A stretch of DNA of 64,000 bases from an uncultured Gammaproteobacteria bacterium. GTDB taxonomy: Bacteria > Pseudomonadota > Gammaproteobacteria > UBA9214. Shown in pieces: positions 60,998 through 64,000 of this stretch. Each line of letters opens with the position of its first letter. Positions within the stretch are counted from its first letter, which is position 1. The stretch spans positions 99,905-163,904 of the forward strand of contig CAWDLS010000002.1 in the NCBI GenBank assembly GCA_963803275.1, given 5' to 3'. The notes under the pieces are model-generated. The model was not told the origin of the DNA, did no database searches, and saw only the letters and a program-made list of their open reading frames with translations. The position numbers and the translations under genes are program-made.

Positions 60998-61420
60998 TTA
61001 TTGCAGTGTCCAGTTGCCAATGTCGTCATCGCTTTGCTGTTGATCGGGACCGAGCGAGAAAATATCGATCGCACCGTGTTCACCCGGACTCAGGTACAGA
61101 TAGGGCTGCTTCCAGGGATCCATCGGCAGTCGGTCCAGGTAGCCCCCCTCCTTCCAGTTCGCCGGCTCCGGCGCGGTGGGCTTTTCAACCAGCGACTCCA
61201 GCCCCTGGTCGGTCGTCGGATAGACATAGTTGTCGAGCTTGTAGAGATTGAGCGCGGCCTCCAGCGAACGGATATCCTGACGCGCCTTGACGAGGCGCGC
61301 CTGCTCCGGACGATCCATGACCTTCGGCACCAGGATGGCCGCGAGGATGCCGAGTATCACGACGACCACCATGACCTCGATCAGGGTGAAACCGGATTGC
61401 CTGGAGCTTGTATGCTTCAT
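60998..61420 (-). CDS. gspG: type II secretion system major pseudopilin G
   Basis: MKHTSSRQSGFTLIEVMVVVVILGILAAILVPKVM...; highly conserved GspG. Confidence 0.9.
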   Translation of the reverse strand: MKHTSSRQSGFTLIEVMVVVVILGILAAILVPKVMDRPEQARLVKARQDIRSLEAALNLYKLDNYVYPTTDQGLESLVEKPTAPEPANWKEGGYLDRLPMDPWKQPYLYLSPGEHGAIDIFSLGPDQQQSDDDIGNWTLQ

Positions 61421-61649
61421 GAGTAAGACCTTGATTGTTCAGTAGCGGGAAGCCTGGCATACAGCCAGGGACATGCCGGCTATTCTAGTTTGTTTGACTG
61501 CAGGGAAACAGATACCCGGCCTGCGCGACAGTTGCATGATATTGCGCGGATTTCGCCGGGAACAGCGACTTGCTCACACTGCGGCACGGGGCCTGCAGGG
61601 CAGCCTGCATGGCGGCAACGGGCCTCGTGGCACCACCGCAGCAGCCGGG

Positions 61650-62153
61650 CTAGTTCATGGCCAGCAGGTTGCGAACCTTCAGGGCATAGAGGTGCCGCTC
61701 CGCGTCGACCAGATGCTGACCCCAGTGCATGCGGTAACTGGACTGCCATGCCTGGGCTGCGCGCTGCGGCCATACTTCATCCAGCAAATCAAGTCCGTAG
61801 CGCAGATCGAAGTAGATGTCCGTGAGGTCGTCGGCGAGACTGCCGGACATGTGCAATTCCTCGGGTACCGAGTCGAACTCCAGCCAGTAGCTGTCACGAT
61901 CGCCGAGCACCTTGCGCAGGTGGCTGTAAAGCTCGAAACGCGCATCGAGGTCGGTTTCGTACTGCGGCAGCTCCCCGGTATCGAAGGCATTCAATGCGGT
62001 GACGGCCGCGTGCAGACGCGGCATCAGTCGAAACAGCAGTTCCAGCCAGTCGCCGGGCCGGACCGTCGCATTGTCGATCAGACGACAGTAGTCGCCCGCC
62101 ACATCCACCATTTCCGTCAGTGATTCCGAGAAGCCGACCATGTCTGTTTGCAT
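61650..62153 (-). CDS. hypothetical protein
   Basis: 167-aa acidic ORF with good codon usage; no recognisable motif. Confidence 0.45.
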   Translation of the reverse strand: MQTDMVGFSESLTEMVDVAGDYCRLIDNATVRPGDWLELLFRLMPRLHAAVTALNAFDTGELPQYETDLDARFELYSHLRKVLGDRDSYWLEFDSVPEELHMSGSLADDLTDIYFDLRYGLDLLDEVWPQRAAQAWQSSYRMHWGQHLVDAERHLYALKVRNLLAMN

Positions 62154-62272
62154 AGAGTGTCAGTAAATATCAATCATTATCAGAGGCCTGAACCATATGT
62201 ACGACAACGCCTCAGCCGGGGTAACTCTATTGTAGTAAAAATCCTCCCGCCTGCACGGGCCGCCCGGCAGCC

Positions 62273-62446
62273 CTAGACGGTTATCATTTCGAATTCGTCC
62301 CGGGTTGCGCCGCACTCCGGACAGACCCAGCTGGCGGGAATGTCATCCCAGCGCGTTCCCGGCGGGAAGCCCTCCTCCGGCAGACCGTCGGCCTCGCTAT
62401 ACACGAAACCGCATACGACACACATGTATTCCCTGTAAGCACTCAT
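62273..62446 (-). CDS. rubredoxin (57 aa; absent from the ORF track because <60 aa)
   Basis: Reverse-strand translation MSAYREYMCVVCGFVYSEADGLPEEGFPPGTRWDDIPASWVCPECGATRDEFEMITV has both CxxCG / CPxCG iron-binding knuckles. Confidence 0.75.
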   Translation of the reverse strand: MSAYREYMCVVCGFVYSEADGLPEEGFPPGTRWDDIPASWVCPECGATRDEFEMITV

Positions 62447-62741
62447 CAGTCGTCACCCGTTCAGCATAACTGGGGGTATTTTACGGGTATGTCACACTGC
62501 TGTCCCATAATCTCCCTCCCTCCGGGACGCCGACAGGGAGAAGGGACAAAGTGAATATACCGCTGTGGCTGATTTCCATGTCCAGTCTCTGGCAACAGTA
62601 CCCAACGATATATTGCTTCAGGGGCTTGCCACCGTTTCAGTGAATGTATATGGGACAGCAGTGGGTCTGTCACGCCGAGTGAAGAAGATTCACCCATAAC
62701 GGCAGCTCCCCTTGTCGCGCACATCCGTTATCATCAGCATC

Positions 62742-63531
62742 ATGCACAAGATTCCCGTGGTAATGACATTTGCCGGCCATGATCCCGGAGGCGGAGCCGG
62801 CCTGCAGGCCGACATCGAATCCCTGTTCAGCCAGGGCTGCCGTGCCACCCCAGTCGTCACCGCGCTGACCATTCAGGATACTCAGGATGTCATGGTAGTT
62901 TCAGGCTATGGACCCTGGCCATGTCGTCAGCCAGGCACGCGCAATTCTCGAGGATATGCCGATTGATGCCTTCAAGATCGGCATGCTGGGCAGCTTGGAA
63001 ATCGCGATCGCCATCTACAGCATACTGGCGGATTACCCCGACATACCCCTCGTGCTGGACCCGGTTCTGGCTTCGGGCAACGGCACACCGCTGGGCGAGG
63101 ACGGCCTGACGGATGCCATCAGGCGGCTGTTGCTCCCACTCACCACGGTACTGACCCCCAACAGCCGCGAGGCGCGCATCCTGGCGCCGGAGGCGGACAC
63201 GCTGGATGCCTGCGCCTTCGCCTTGCTCGACCAGGGTACCGAATATGTCCTGCTTACCGGCAGCCACGAACACACGCCTCACGTCATCAACCGCCTGTAC
63301 CAGGGCCACCAGCGTCTGGAGACATTCACCTGGGAACGTCTGCCGCATAGCTATCATGGCTCCGGTTGCACGCTGGCCGCCTGTATTGCCGGACTGCTGG
63401 CGCACGGCCTGGATGTTTTCCAGGCCTGTCACGAGGGTCAGCACTTCACCTGGCAGACGTTGCGGAACGGTTACCGGCCGGGCATGGGTCAACATCTGCC
63501 GAACCGGATGTACTGGACGCAACAGGACTGA
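62742..63531 (+). pseudogene. thiD: hydroxymethylpyrimidine/phosphomethylpyrimidine kinase, frameshifted near 62895-62905
   Basis: Frame 3 MHKIPVVMTFAGHDPGGGAGLQADIESLF...TIQDTQDVMVVSG then frame 1 DPGHVVSQARAILEDMPIDAFKIGMLGS...GSGCTLAACIA; together a complete ThiD; single-base indel, possibly sequencing error. Confidence 0.7.
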
Positions 63532-64000
63532 TGGCCCGCGCCGAGCTTGCCGACGGCCTGTATGCAATAACGGACCACCGGAGGAAACACCCGAAAAGCT
63601 CGTCCGGCGTGTCGAACAGGCCATTCTCGGCGGCGCCGCCTTATCCAGTACCGTGAAAAGCCGTCCGACCAAACCGGACGCCGCGCGCGGGCGGCGGCCC
63701 TGCTGGCCCTGTGTCGCGTACGCGTTGCGCTGATCATCAACGATGACATCGAACTGGCCGCGGAGAGCGGCGCGCCGGTGTGCATCTCGGACAGGCGATG
63801 CCGCGATTCCACCGCCCGCAGACGACTTGGCACCCGCGCGATAATCGGCGCATCCTGTTACAACCGGCTGGATCGTGCCCGGGCGGCGTGCCGAGGACGC
63901 TAACTATGTGGCGTTCGGCCGTTTTTTCCCCTCATGCAGCAAGCCGGAGGCGGTCGCCGCTGCCCGCGAATTGCTGCCCCGGGCCCGCAGGGAGATCCGG
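63531..64000 (+). pseudogene. thiE: thiamine-phosphate synthase, 5' part; at least 3 frameshifts in the given sequence; runs off window
   Basis: ATG overlaps thiD stop (TGATG); GLYAITD / PEKLVRRVEQAILGGAAL / (L)IQYREK ... ALIINDDIELAAESGA ... IIGASCYNRLDRARAA / NYVAFGRFFPS are spread over three frames; shifts at about 63580, 63640 and 63885 coincide with short homopolymers. Confidence 0.6.

Noticed and set aside
61600-61640. Sigma-54-like TGGCAC-N5-CAGC near the gspG upstream region
   Set aside because: Orientation is plus strand (away from gspG), and the -12 box is CAGC rather than TTGC; not a convincing promoter for any adjacent gene
62447-62741. Expected TPP (THI-box) riboswitch upstream of thiD
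   Set aside because: Searched both strands for the invariant CTGAGA and ACCTGATCTGGATAATGCCAGCG blocks; absent. Only a non-canonical inverted repeat is present (reported separately)

Overview
This window is a roughly 64% GC chromosomal segment, almost certainly from a gammaproteobacterium (gene order dusB-fis-purH-purD and accB-accC next to prmA and aroQ; many TPR-sulfotransferase fusions as in Chromatiales-like sulfur oxidisers). Taxonomy is inferred only. Left 10 kb: housekeeping block on the minus strand (LemA fragment, purD, purH, fis, dusB, zinc-ribbon protein, prmA, small membrane protein, accC, accB, aroQ). It is interrupted by a family of MITE-like repeats built from TTCCGTG units ending in GGCCAT, including one copy with perfect 25-bp terminal inverted repeats. 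13.2-38.5 kb: a large accessory island bounded by two paralogous PEP-CTERM (exosortase-target) surface-protein genes at 13981-14763 and 37738-38523. It contains about 20 genes for tailoring enzymes, most fused to TPR domains: 4 TPR-sulfotransferases, 2 stand-alone sulfotransferases, 2 TPR-SAM-methyltransferases, 1 TPR-GT9-like, 1 TPR-GT41 (OGT-like), about 6 2OG/PhyH-type oxygenases, a SET-domain-like protein, and a duplicated oxygenase+unknown-partner module. I propose this is a candidate modification island for PEP-CTERM proteins and/or the exopolysaccharide. 39-52 kb: FadL-family outer-membrane protein; a large PEP-CTERM-family gene whose N-terminal domain is broken by several frameshifts; then an XrtA/PEP-CTERM-type EPS module (Wza-like exporter, outer-membrane beta-barrel, Wzz-like chain-length determinant, tyrosine-kinase-like ATPase, ExeA-like AAA ATPase, galE, VanZ), with no exosortase or PrsK/PrsR in the window. 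52-64 kb: cysQ, HAD hydrolase, YkgJ-like Cys-cluster protein, a PilZ-domain protein directly downstream of a type II secretion gspG-H-I-J-K-L-M-N operon, a rubredoxin ORF missing from the ORF track, thiD and the start of thiE. Caveat: at least seven genes carry single-base frameshifts that fall in short homopolymers. This looks like indel sequencing error rather than real pseudogenes, so start/end coordinates and pseudogene calls are provisional.
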